Shown: positions 19,549-27,934 of the stretch, piece after piece
How positions within the stretch are numbered: position 1 is the stretch's first letter
How the letters are laid out: each line of letters begins with the position of its first letter
Source of the DNA: Leptolinea sp. UBA5366
Lineage (GTDB): Bacteria; Chloroflexota; Anaerolineae; Anaerolineales; Anaerolineaceae
DNA: 64,000 nucleotides
Assembly: GCA_002407845.1 (NCBI GenBank)
Contig: DHPK01000010.1
Location: forward strand, 44,837-108,836
Reading direction: 5' to 3'
Notes under the pieces: generated by a model
Told to the model about the DNA's origin: nothing
Database searches by the model: none
Seen by the model: only the letters and a program-made list of their open reading frames with translations
Translations under genes and position numbers: made by a program

Positions 19549-20064
19549 TTAGGGCGTGCGCATCGATCCGCGGTGATGGAGCATATTAAAAAGCGGTTCG
19601 ATAAAGAAATAGTCAATGAATTCTCCGTTGCTTACCATCTTGAGGACTTCCGCTTTGTCAGCCCATCTGACAGCTTCGACTTCCTCTGGCTGCAGTGTTA
19701 GCTGATTCAGCTCAACTTCGCGCTCGATCAGGTAATAGTCATCGAAACCCGCTTCAAAATGCATCGTGAAATAGGGTCTTTCATTGGAAAGATCGATTTT
19801 CAACCCCAATTCCTCAAGTGTCTCCCGCTCAGCAGCTGCAGCGCTGTCTTCCCCAGCTTGCGCTCTGCCGGCGGCGGAAACGTCCCAAAGGTTTGGCCAG
19901 CGTTTCTTCCATGGCTGTCTCTTTTGGATCAGCAGCTGTCCCTGAGCGTTAAAAATGCAGACGTGGACGACCAGATAAAACTGCCCCGGTTCAAATTTAT
20001 CCTGGCTGGAGTGCTTTTCACCGGTTTTTCTTCCAAAACGATTATATACGTCCCAAATTTCCAT
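19549..20064 (-). CDS. NUDIX hydrolase (IDI-like subgroup)
   Basis: EIWDVY, LLIQKR, and Nudix box GRAQAGEDSAAAAERETLEELG. Confidence 0.9.
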   Translation of the reverse strand: MEIWDVYNRFGRKTGEKHSSQDKFEPGQFYLVVHVCIFNAQGQLLIQKRQPWKKRWPNLWDVSAAGRAQAGEDSAAAAERETLEELGLKIDLSNERPYFTMHFEAGFDDYYLIEREVELNQLTLQPEEVEAVRWADKAEVLKMVSNGEFIDYFFIEPLFNMLHHRGSMRTP

Positions 20065-20067
20065 AAA

Positions 20068-20877
20068 TCAGATGATCAGATCCTTTTTCTGATAATAGAT
20101 CAACGCGCCTAGGATTGACAGCACGATGACTGCCAGTCCGACGGTGGTTTGAAGCCGGTCAGGACCGATTACCAGTCCGCCGGAGTCTTTAACCCAGTCG
20201 ATAGGTGACAGAATGACCAGCGCTTTGAGGTCTTTGACGAGGGCGGATAAAATTCCCATAAAGAAGGAACCGAAAACCAGCCCCATCGCGAAGGAAGCGG
20301 TTTGGCGGCTGGACTTTAACAGTGCTGAAAGCAGCAGTCCGATCATCATGAAAATCACACCGACAAAGAATGAACCAAGATAAAAGTTCAGAATTTGACG
20401 GAATGAACTGCCGACTATTTCTTCAGCAAAAATCAGATAACTGGCAAGCGTGACCGCGATCAGCCAGCCGATTAGGATCATAAAACTGAGCAGGTTAGCA
20501 GCAATTTTTTGCAGCACAATTTGTTTTCTGGAAACTGGTTTGGCGTAAAGGTATTCGATTGTCCCTTCTGTTTCTTCCTGAATCAGCGTGTTCAGCCCTC
20601 TGATGGCGCAGAAAACTCCCAGCGACATGGTGAAATATTGCATAATGTAACCGAAATAAACGTTGATTTTAGAAAAGTCAGGGATCGTCTCCAAACCAAA
20701 GATTGCCAGCACAGCCGGCGACATCGATTCGAGTTTTGCGTTTGCCAGCTGCTGCATGGCATCCGATTTCATGCTGGGGAAAAATGCCAGCATCATGAAC
20801 AGAATTACTGCCAGCATTACTGCCCATGCCAAAGTGTTTTTCCAGGTGTTGCGAATTTCAAGCTTGAATATTTCCAT
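20068..20877 (-). CDS. ABC-2 type transporter permease
   Basis: About 6 TM helices; EETEGTIEYLYAKPVSR motif; ends YQKKDL. Confidence 0.88.
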   Translation of the reverse strand: MEIFKLEIRNTWKNTLAWAVMLAVILFMMLAFFPSMKSDAMQQLANAKLESMSPAVLAIFGLETIPDFSKINVYFGYIMQYFTMSLGVFCAIRGLNTLIQEETEGTIEYLYAKPVSRKQIVLQKIAANLLSFMILIGWLIAVTLASYLIFAEEIVGSSFRQILNFYLGSFFVGVIFMMIGLLLSALLKSSRQTASFAMGLVFGSFFMGILSALVKDLKALVILSPIDWVKDSGGLVIGPDRLQTTVGLAVIVLSILGALIYYQKKDLII

Positions 20878-21754
20878 TAGTTCCGGCTTCCTGATACATT
20901 TCCATGAATTGATCCTCGAGCGATCTTTCCTGAACAGAAAAATCCAGAAGGTCGGCGCCCGCCAACAGCGCTGTCAGTTGGTTTATTTCGCCATCAAATA
21001 AAAAGGAGATTTCTTTTTCATTTTGACTGAGCATTTTAATCGGAAAATCTGGCTGAAAGCTGATTGGCGAAGCAGGCTTGATGCGAACGATCTTTTGATG
21101 CCTGAGCTCCATTTTGAGGTCAATAACATGCGTGATCACGCCTTCCTTGATGAAGGCAGCCTGATCGCAATATTCCTGAATCTCAGTCAGGTTATGGCTG
21201 GAAAGAAAGATGCTGCACCCATGGTCAGACCGGCGTTTCAGTTCTTCAAACAGCCGTTTCTGCATGACCGGGTCGAGCCCATTGGTTGGTTCATCCAACA
21301 AGATCACTTCCGGGTCTGGGATCAGTGCGGAGATGATCGCGGTCTTCTTTTTATTCCCAAGGGATAACTCTCTGATTTTTTTATTTGGATCTACGTCGAA
21401 GAAACGGGTTAGACGGGATATTTCCTCTGTCCGGTTCAGACCGTAAAAATGAGAGGTCGCGCTGAAGATTTCTGCAGAGGTCATGTCATGGTAGAGACGC
21501 ACGTCGCTCGGAACATAAGCCGTGAACTTTTTGATCTCTTTGCTTTGGGAAACGATGTCTTTGCCCATGATGAAGCCGGTGCCGGCGGTTGGGAAGACAA
21601 AATTCAGCAGGATTTTAATTGTGGTTGACTTGCCGGCGCCATTTGGCCCGACAAAACCATAAATTTCACCCTGGTCAACGGATAGCGTGACGTCTTCAAT
21701 CCCGCGGTGTTTGTTGTAATATTTTTTTAATCCATTAACTTCAATTGCTTTCAT
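20858..21754 (-). CDS. ABC transporter ATP-binding protein
   Basis: GPNGAGKST, LSLG, LLDEPTNGLD and SSH motifs. Confidence 0.93.
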   Translation of the reverse strand: MKAIEVNGLKKYYNKHRGIEDVTLSVDQGEIYGFVGPNGAGKSTTIKILLNFVFPTAGTGFIMGKDIVSQSKEIKKFTAYVPSDVRLYHDMTSAEIFSATSHFYGLNRTEEISRLTRFFDVDPNKKIRELSLGNKKKTAIISALIPDPEVILLDEPTNGLDPVMQKRLFEELKRRSDHGCSIFLSSHNLTEIQEYCDQAAFIKEGVITHVIDLKMELRHQKIVRIKPASPISFQPDFPIKMLSQNEKEISFLFDGEINQLTALLAGADLLDFSVQERSLEDQFMEMYQEAGTNGNIQA

Positions 21755-21792
21755 ACTTTAGCGGATTCCTGATGAAACAGAATGTAAATAGT

Positions 21793-22509
21793 TTATGGGA
21801 TGACCAGCGTTCCGGTGGGTTCGCCGCGCAGTGCTTTTTGGAGCGAGCCTTCCTCCCACAGATTCAGAACCATCAGCGGCATTTTATTCGCCATGCAAAG
21901 CGAGATTGCCGTCGCGTCCATCACTTCCAATTGTTGGGACAGCACATCGATATACCGGATTTCGTGATATTTTATTGCATCCGGATTGCCATGCGGATCA
22001 CAGTTATAAATGCCGTCAACCTTGGTTGCTTTAATCAGCAGGTCTGCGTTGATTTCAACCGCCCGCAGCGCGGCTGCCGTGTCGGTCGTGAAATAAGGGT
22101 TGCCGGTTCCGCCCGCAAAAATAACCACCCGTTTTTTCTCAATATGGCGGATGGCGCGTCTGCGAATATATGGCTCCGCAACGGACTGCATCTGGATCGC
22201 GGTCTGGACTCTGGTTGTGACGCCAACCTGTTCCAGCGCATCCATCAGCACCAGCGAGTTCATGACCGTGGCGAGCATCCCCATGTAATCAGCCGTAGCC
22301 TGATCCATGCCGACCTGGATCCCGATTTTTCCGCGCCAAATGTTGCCGCCGCCGATAACGATGGCGAGGTCTGCGCCCAGTTCGACCACTTCTTTGACCT
22401 GTTTAGCAATCATGTTGGCAGCCACCGGGTCGATCCCAGTTTCCCCTTTTGGCGCCAGCGCTTCACCGCTGAGCTTTAGTAAAACACGCTGATATTTTAA
22501 AGTCGACAT
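21793..22509 (-). CDS. pyrH: Uridylate kinase
   Basis: [20 protein letters not shown] and GNPYFTTDT; ATG 22509 follows AAGGG. Confidence 0.97.
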   Translation of the reverse strand: MSTLKYQRVLLKLSGEALAPKGETGIDPVAANMIAKQVKEVVELGADLAIVIGGGNIWRGKIGIQVGMDQATADYMGMLATVMNSLVLMDALEQVGVTTRVQTAIQMQSVAEPYIRRRAIRHIEKKRVVIFAGGTGNPYFTTDTAAALRAVEINADLLIKATKVDGIYNCDPHGNPDAIKYHEIRYIDVLSQQLEVMDATAISLCMANKMPLMVLNLWEEGSLQKALRGEPTGTLVIP

Positions 22510-22712
22510 GTGGAGTCCCTTTCGTGTCATTAGCAGGTTAGTTTTAATCTGCAGCTAATTATAAGAGATATTAATCAGCGCGCGATTTTTTGTACAGAGG
22601 TCTGTCATCCCGCCGGATTTTCTGCTCCCTTCCTAACTCTACAGCAATTTGGATTCCAGAGAGATGGCAAGCGAACTGCGGATTCCCTTCTGAACTCGAT
22701 TGGAGGGAAAAG

Positions 22713-22741
22713 AAAAAGGCTGTCCAATTTGTGGACAGCCT
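22713..22741 (-). terminator. Intrinsic terminator after tsf
   Basis: Minus strand AGGCTGTCCA-CAAAT-TGGACAGCCT-TTTTC. Confidence 0.85.
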
Positions 22742-22767
22742 CATTTGTAATTGCTCTAATTAGAAGA

Positions 22768-23388
22768 TTATTCTTCTTCTGATTCTTCGGTGGATTCACC
22801 CAGTGCGTAGCGAGCGAATCGGCGAACGATGACGTTCTCGCCCATTGAAGCGATATTCTGGTTGATAAGGTCTTTCACAGTGATCGATTCGTCGCGGATG
22901 TATGCCTGATTCAGCAGCACAAATTCATCTTTGAATTTCTTTACGGAACCTTCGACGATCTTCGGGATGATCATGTCTTTCTTGCCCTCTTCGCGAGCTT
23001 TTGTCTCGGCGATTTTGGCTTCATGATCCAGCACACTCTGCGGAATATCTTCTTCGCTGATGTACATCGGGGAAGCGGCAGCGATTTGCAGCGCCAGTTC
23101 ATGTGCCAAGGTTCGGAATGATTCCGAGCGGCCGACAAAATCAGTTTCGCAGTTCAGTTCAAGCATAACGCCAACCCGTCCGCCGCCATGGGTATAAACT
23201 TCGATGACGCCTTCAGAAGCAGCGCGGCTCGAACGTTTTAATGCGGTTGCCAATCCTTTTTCGCGCAGAAAATCCATCGCTGCGTTCAGATCGCCATTCG
23301 CGTTCTCAAGTGCTTTGCGGCATTCAAGAATGCCGGCACCCGTGCTGTCGCGCAATTGTTTGATAAGTTCAGTGCTGATCTTTGTCAT
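22768..23388 (-). CDS. tsf: Elongation factor Ts (short ~200 aa form)
   Basis: LRDSTGAGILECRKAL and ELNCETDFV; lies between rpsB and pyrH. Confidence 0.97.
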   Translation of the reverse strand: MTKISTELIKQLRDSTGAGILECRKALENANGDLNAAMDFLREKGLATALKRSSRAASEGVIEVYTHGGGRVGVMLELNCETDFVGRSESFRTLAHELALQIAAASPMYISEEDIPQSVLDHEAKIAETKAREEGKKDMIIPKIVEGSVKKFKDEFVLLNQAYIRDESITVKDLINQNIASMGENVIVRRFARYALGESTEESEEE

Positions 23389-23394
23389 TTTAGA

Positions 23395-24387
23395 TTAATC
23401 CTCATTCGCTTCTTCAACTTCAGCCTTTGCCTTCGGCTTGGCTTTCGATTTGGTCGCTTTTTTCTCTACTTTTTCTTCTTCTGCTTCAACTTCCGGCTCT
23501 GAAACTTTCTCAGTCTCTTCAGCTTCTTCTTTTTCTTCCTCTACAGCGGCAGCTTTCATGTTGCCGATTTTTGCCAGAGTTGCTGCACCGAACAGGTCTT
23601 CATCGTCCATCTCACTGGTGTCAACACTGCTCAGATGTTTCGAATTGTCAAACTTCACGGTCTCTGATGAGAACATTGCATCGCCGAAATCGCCGTCTTC
23701 GCGCAGTGCGCGGCCTTCGATGACTGCATCAGCGATTTTGCTGACGACCAGCTTGATCGCGCGGATTGCGTCGTCATTTGACGGAATAACATAATCGACG
23801 TCTGACGGATTGCAGTTGGTATCAACCATCGCAATGACCGGAATGTTCTTCAGGTTGGCTTCGTGGATCGCGGTTGCTTCGCGCATGACATCGATCACGA
23901 AAACGAGGGCGGGCAGCGTCTTGACGTGACGCAGACCGCTCAGCCGCAGCTGCAGACGGGCGATGTTCCGTTCGATCATCAAGCCTTCTTTTTTGGTCAG
24001 CTTTAAGATTTCACCGGTTTCCTTCATTTTCTCGAGTTTTTCGAGTTCGAGGATGCGCTGATAGATCGTTGACCAGTTGGTCAGCGTTCCGCCCAGCCAG
24101 CGTTCAGTGACGTAAGGCATGTCACAACGAATTGCTTCTTCGCGGATGGTTTCCTGTGCCTGGCGTTTTGTGCCGATAAACAGGATATTTTCCCCAGCCT
24201 GGACGGTGTCGCGCACCAGCGCGTAAACGGTGTTCAGGCTTTTCGCAGTCTGCTGCAGGTCGATAATATGAATCCCATTGCGTTCTGTGAAAATGTAGGG
24301 TCTCATGGCGGGATGCCATTTGTTTGTGCGATGTCCGAAATGAACGCCGCTTTCCAATAATGCTTTCATGGAAATAACACTGCTCAT
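23395..24387 (-). CDS. rpsB: 30S ribosomal protein S2 with long acidic/Lys-rich C-terminal tail
   Basis: GVHFGH, RWLGGTLTN and PSNDDAIRAI; ATG 24387 follows AAGGAG. Confidence 0.97.
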   Translation of the reverse strand: MSSVISMKALLESGVHFGHRTNKWHPAMRPYIFTERNGIHIIDLQQTAKSLNTVYALVRDTVQAGENILFIGTKRQAQETIREEAIRCDMPYVTERWLGGTLTNWSTIYQRILELEKLEKMKETGEILKLTKKEGLMIERNIARLQLRLSGLRHVKTLPALVFVIDVMREATAIHEANLKNIPVIAMVDTNCNPSDVDYVIPSNDDAIRAIKLVVSKIADAVIEGRALREDGDFGDAMFSSETVKFDNSKHLSSVDTSEMDDEDLFGAATLAKIGNMKAAAVEEEKEEAEETEKVSEPEVEAEEEKVEKKATKSKAKPKAKAEVEEANED

Positions 24388-24404
24388 AATACTTGCTCCT
24401 TTGC

Positions 24405-24490
24405 GTTTTTGCCTCTGTTTCTGTCTTGTCTCCGGTTCACAGCGATTTACGCTGCACGCAACCGGAAGATCGAGAAACATGTGTTTTTAC
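24405..24490 (-). ncRNA. rpsB 5' leader (t44 / S2 autoregulatory element)
   Basis: Minus strand AAAACACA-TGTTTCT..TCCGGTT..GCAGCG-TAAAT-CGCTGT..AACCGGA..AGAAACA-GAGG forms a long nested hairpin directly upstream of rpsB, after an extended -10 (TGGTAAACT). Layout matches the t44 leader (ACAC...hairpin...GAGG). Confidence 0.72.
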
Positions 24491-24576
24491 AGCCGAATAA
24501 GTTTACCATAGATTCAACAAGTTATCGCCGAAATGTGCAGGGTATGAACAAAAAATATCCTCTGGGGCATCCAATG

Positions 24577-24619
24577 AAAAAAAATCCGGAGTGTTGCGAA
24601 AAAGAAGTCTCTCCGGATT
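24577..24619 (-). terminator. Probable intrinsic terminator of the NBR1-Ig lipoprotein gene
   Basis: AATCCGGAG/CTCCGGATT inverted repeat followed by a T run on the minus strand; the loop is long (19 nt). Confidence 0.55.
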
Positions 24620-24685
24620 GGTCGTGATATGAAATCTATGACTGGTTATTTGCAAAAACAAGTCTGAATGACCGTAAAAAACTTA

Positions 24686-25858
24686 TTAATAATTGATCCA
24701 CAGGTCACAGTAAGACTCGTTGTTTTTGACAACACCCCATTTTGACTGGAACTGGTATTTTCCTTTGTCGGAGTCGTACCCCTCGATCTTGATTGTTGTG
24801 GCTGACCCTGAAGGAACGTTTCCTGGAAGATCAAGCCGTGTCGGGAAATAATAGTCATCAAAAAGATGATTGTCTCCAGAAAGATAGGCGATGTCAAAGT
24901 TATTCTTGTCCCACATTTCGGAGCCGGTATTTTTAATAATGAAGACTGCGGTGAACCTGCCATCTACTGACCAGTCGATATAGAAATCCTGTTCAACGCA
25001 GCCCTTCTTTGGTAGAGATGGCTGTGCTGTTTGCGGAGGCGGCGGGGGAGGAGGATTGTCAATGCTGGCTTCAACCTTGATGTCAACCCAGACTGCGTCA
25101 TGACCGGTTTGCCCCATGCCGAAGAGGTTGCCGGAGGCATTCCGCATGCGCCAATATCCCCGATATTTTCCGCTTGTGGTTGGCGCCCGCATGTTGATCG
25201 CGATATCAATCGTTTCGCCTGGATAAACGTACTTCGCCAATGGAATTGCAGCTGGAGCGCCCATCTGGTCTCCGGTAATAAAGACGAACTGGTACGCAGT
25301 AGTCCAGAAGCAGGATCCAACGTTCTTCAACCGCCATATTTTTTGGAAATTACTTCCGGGACTGATGACCGAGCCGTCGGGTGTTGTGATGTCGCTTACA
25401 AAACTCAACTTATCGCAGGGCGCGATGATTACGGTCGGGATGATCGGGATCGGAACCAGTGTCGGCGGCGGCGGAGAGGTTGGAGGAACGGCTTTAGCCA
25501 GAGCTGTCCGGGTGACTTCGAATGATTTCTCGAGCGCGGTGATTGTGCCGGCTACTTGGGTCTCCATAATTGTTTTTGCATCCGGCGTTTTCGTTGCCGT
25601 AGGTTTCATCGCTTCAAGCGTTTGATAAACATAAGTTTCAATTTGATTGTGATCCAAAGTAGGAGAGGGCGAAATCACTGCGTCGATGGATTTTTGTATG
25701 GCAGTCGCTAACTGATCCGCACCGCTCGTAGTTGCTGTCGGCGTCGATTTCTGACCTTCACTTGAGAAGAAAATCTTCGCTAAAGACCCGACTGAACTCT
25801 CGTCACATGCGGTTGTGAAAAACAGTGCGACAAGGAGGAGAAGAAGTACCTTTTTCAT
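24686..25858 (-). CDS. Lipoprotein with NBR1-Ig-like (N_BRCA1_IG) domains and Pro/Thr-rich linkers
   Basis: Lipobox TTAC; FVSDITTPDGS..PGSNFQKIWRLKNVGSCFW...YRGYWRM; a second degenerate copy (KNTGSEMW) at the C-terminus. Confidence 0.85.
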   Translation of the reverse strand: MKKVLLLLLVALFFTTACDESSVGSLAKIFFSSEGQKSTPTATTSGADQLATAIQKSIDAVISPSPTLDHNQIETYVYQTLEAMKPTATKTPDAKTIMETQVAGTITALEKSFEVTRTALAKAVPPTSPPPPTLVPIPIIPTVIIAPCDKLSFVSDITTPDGSVISPGSNFQKIWRLKNVGSCFWTTAYQFVFITGDQMGAPAAIPLAKYVYPGETIDIAINMRAPTTSGKYRGYWRMRNASGNLFGMGQTGHDAVWVDIKVEASIDNPPPPPPPQTAQPSLPKKGCVEQDFYIDWSVDGRFTAVFIIKNTGSEMWDKNNFDIAYLSGDNHLFDDYYFPTRLDLPGNVPSGSATTIKIEGYDSDKGKYQFQSKWGVVKNNESYCDLWINY

Positions 25859-26218
25859 AGGAAAACCTCCGATTGGGGATCATGACGAAAGAAGGCGGTT
25901 TATTAAAAATTATAACAATATAAGATTAAGAATCATAATGATATTTGTCTATAGATTTGGGTAAAACGTAACCACCTGAGCTGATGGTATGTTCTTGACA
26001 GCTTATCTGCTCGGCAATTATTGCCTGCCTTTGATGGTTCTCATCGGGAGAAATTCTTATACAGGAAATAATGATAAAGGAAGGTTATAATTTGAAGAAA
26101 TTTTTCTCTGCCACGATAATAATGCAATAATTCAAGCTATTATTTGAGCTCACAATTTATTGCAGCTTCGTTTTTCTGTAAAAAAAGAGAAGAAGTATCG
26201 GAGTTTAGGAAGAATTTA

Positions 26219-26247
26219 GAGGAGATTGGGTGGGTCCCAATCTCCTC
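26219..26247 (-). terminator. Strong hairpin just after the lyase stop codon (probable terminator)
   Basis: GAGGAGATTGGG-TGGGT-CCCAATCTCCTC, a 12-bp perfect stem; the U-tract is weak. Confidence 0.6.
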
Positions 26248-26257
26248 AACTTAAAAA

Positions 26258-27700
26258 CTAATTAATTCGGCTGTCAGCGCGAACAGCGTCCATCAGGCGG
26301 GTTTCCCACCCGTCGATCGATTCCAGCTTACCTATGAAGAAGCGTAAGACTGGCGGTTCCTCGACCCAGCGCAAGCCGTGAATTAAGTCGCGATGCTCAT
26401 AGAGCCAGGCAAGGCGATCCGCAGCAAATTCCATCTGAGACATGGTGAACGTCCGGCGCGGAACTGCCAGACGCAGCAGCTCCATGTCTGACGGAACTTC
26501 GTTCCCCTGTTCGTCTCGGTCCATTGAAAGCGTACCGCGCTCCATTCCGCGGCAGCCTGAAACAATGTAGAAAGCGGCAGCCAGTGCGCAGGACGGGTAT
26601 TCAAGCTGGGGAATATGCGGGACAAATTTCATCGCATCAACGTGGCACCCAAGCCCGCCAGGAGGCGTGACAACCGGAACACCGAGCGATTCCAGTTTAT
26701 GGACAAAGAAATTGATCATTTCAGCGCCGCTGCCCGCGACGTTGACGTCAACCATTTCACGCATCCCAACAGCCATCGATTCAATCTCTTTGGTTGACAT
26801 TCCGCCATATGTGATAAAGCCTTCAAAGACTGGCACCTGAGGCAAAATCTTGTGATAAAGCTCATGATTATTTGTGCAGATCATGCCGCCGCGCGCCATT
26901 GTACTCTTCCGCCCAGACATGTAAATTAGGTCAACCTGCCGCAACATTTCCTGAACAATGTCCAAGATTGACTTGTTTGCGAACCCGGACTCGCGGGTTT
27001 TGATGAAATATGCGTTCTCAGTGATCAGCGAACAATCCATCATCAGCATGATGTCATGTTTTTTCGCGATTTTGCTGACAGCTTTGAGGTTTTCCATAGA
27101 AAAGGGCTGCCCGCCGATCAGGTTTGTCGTGGCTTCCATCCGGATATAAGAAATTTTGCTCTTCCCATATTCGGCGATTGCTTTTTCTAATAATTTAATG
27201 TCTAAATTCCCTTTGAAAGGGTTGGTGCTGGTTGTTATCCGACCTTCGTCATGAATTAACTCGACGACTTCGCCGCCATAAATGTTGATATGGGCTTTTG
27301 TGGTTGTGAAGTGGTAGTTTGTAATGACGACGTCGCCGGGTTTGACGAATACGCGCGATAAAAGATGCTCACAGGCGCGCCCCTGATGGGCAGGAATGAC
27401 ATAACGCATTTGGAAGATGTCTCGAACTGCTTCTTGTAGACGCACGAAGCTTTCCGACCCCGCGTAGGCGTCATCCGCTCGAAGCATGGCGCTCTGCTGG
27501 TTATCGCTCATGGCGTTTGTGCCGCTGTCGGTCAGCATGTCCAGGAAGATGTCCCGGCTCTGCAAGAGAAAGGTGTTGAAACCGGCTTCCCGAATGGCTG
27601 TGATGCGATCATCAATGTTCAGAAAATAGGTTTGCTGAACAATTTTGATTTTGTGCATCTCAACCGGGATGGTACGTCCGTCTGCTAATCTAACTTCCAT
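26258..27700 (-). CDS. tpl: PLP-dependent beta-eliminating lyase (tryptophanase/tyrosine phenol-lyase family), TPL-type active site
   Basis: FNTFLL, DMLTDSGT, DDAYAGS, HQGRACE and GFITYGGM. The specificity positions read FTTT, MERG and LRFF as in TPL, not FDTT, VEIG and LRHF as in TnaA. GGAGG RBS. Confidence 0.8.
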   Translation of the reverse strand: MEVRLADGRTIPVEMHKIKIVQQTYFLNIDDRITAIREAGFNTFLLQSRDIFLDMLTDSGTNAMSDNQQSAMLRADDAYAGSESFVRLQEAVRDIFQMRYVIPAHQGRACEHLLSRVFVKPGDVVITNYHFTTTKAHINIYGGEVVELIHDEGRITTSTNPFKGNLDIKLLEKAIAEYGKSKISYIRMEATTNLIGGQPFSMENLKAVSKIAKKHDIMLMMDCSLITENAYFIKTRESGFANKSILDIVQEMLRQVDLIYMSGRKSTMARGGMICTNNHELYHKILPQVPVFEGFITYGGMSTKEIESMAVGMREMVDVNVAGSGAEMINFFVHKLESLGVPVVTPPGGLGCHVDAMKFVPHIPQLEYPSCALAAAFYIVSGCRGMERGTLSMDRDEQGNEVPSDMELLRLAVPRRTFTMSQMEFAADRLAWLYEHRDLIHGLRWVEEPPVLRFFIGKLESIDGWETRLMDAVRADSRIN

Positions 27701-27751
27701 TTATTCCTCCAAGGTTTGTTGGCCGGATGTGTAATCCGGGTTGATCATAAT

Positions 27752-27779
27752 AAAAAAAGCGATCCGGTTGGGATCGCTT
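27752..27779 (-). terminator. Intrinsic terminator (attenuator) inside the 5' leader of the lyase gene
   Basis: Minus strand AAGCGATCC-CAACC-GGATCGCTT-TTTTT, located between the promoter and the lyase ATG. Confidence 0.85.
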
Positions 27780-27802
27780 ATGATTTTCGTTCTGTTTCGA
27801 AC

Positions 27803-27877
27803 TTACGCGAACACGCCGGCGGGTCTGAGTGAGTTGCCGTAATAATAAAACGCGTAAGCAGTGAAGATATTTGTCAC
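27803..27877 (-). CDS. Putative 24-aa Tyr/Phe-rich leader peptide MTNIFTAYAFYYYGNSLRPAGVFA
   Basis: GTG...TAA, 25 codons including stop; TAC GCG TTT TAT TAT TAC cluster; GTG lies 7 nt after the -10 box; followed by a terminator and a TPL-like gene. Confidence 0.72.
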   Translation of the reverse strand: MTNIFTAYAFYYYGNSLRPAGVFA

Positions 27878-27884
27878 GAAGTAT

Positions 27885-27914
27885 ATTGTAAAGGTGGGGC
27901 GTGCTTTCCGTCAA
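27885..27914 (-). promoter_or_regulatory. Sigma70-type promoter for the leader peptide and lyase
   Basis: TTGACG (27914-27909), 18-nt spacer, TACAAT (27890-27885). Confidence 0.72.
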
Positions 27915-27934
27915 GAGGAAGTCAATGCAAATAA

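Noticed and set aside
21745-22479. 244-aa plus-strand ORF
   Set aside because: Antisense shadow of pyrH with no recognisable motifs.
22768-23388. Truncated or pseudogenised EF-Ts
   Set aside because: The ~200-aa homodimeric EF-Ts is a known normal form (for example in Thermus and cyanobacteria).
25930-26215. AT-rich intergenic region with a 33-codon ORF (MFLTAYLLG...) and a TGCAATAA/TTATTGCA inverted repeat
   Set aside because: No RBS, no recognisable riboswitch or sRNA motif, and the stem is weak; cannot be supported.
27701-27900. T-box riboswitch or TnaC orthologue as the lyase leader
   Set aside because: No T-box GGTGG-ACC motif or stem I on the coding strand (AAGGTGGGG is on the opposite strand, in the promoter spacer). 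The peptide has no Trp and no terminal Pro, so it is not TnaC despite the equal length.
27690-27914. 74-aa minus-strand ORF in the ORF track upstream of the lyase
   Set aside because: Its TTG start is the -35 box itself, it has no RBS, and it runs through the terminator. The 24-codon GTG ORF in another frame explains the region better.
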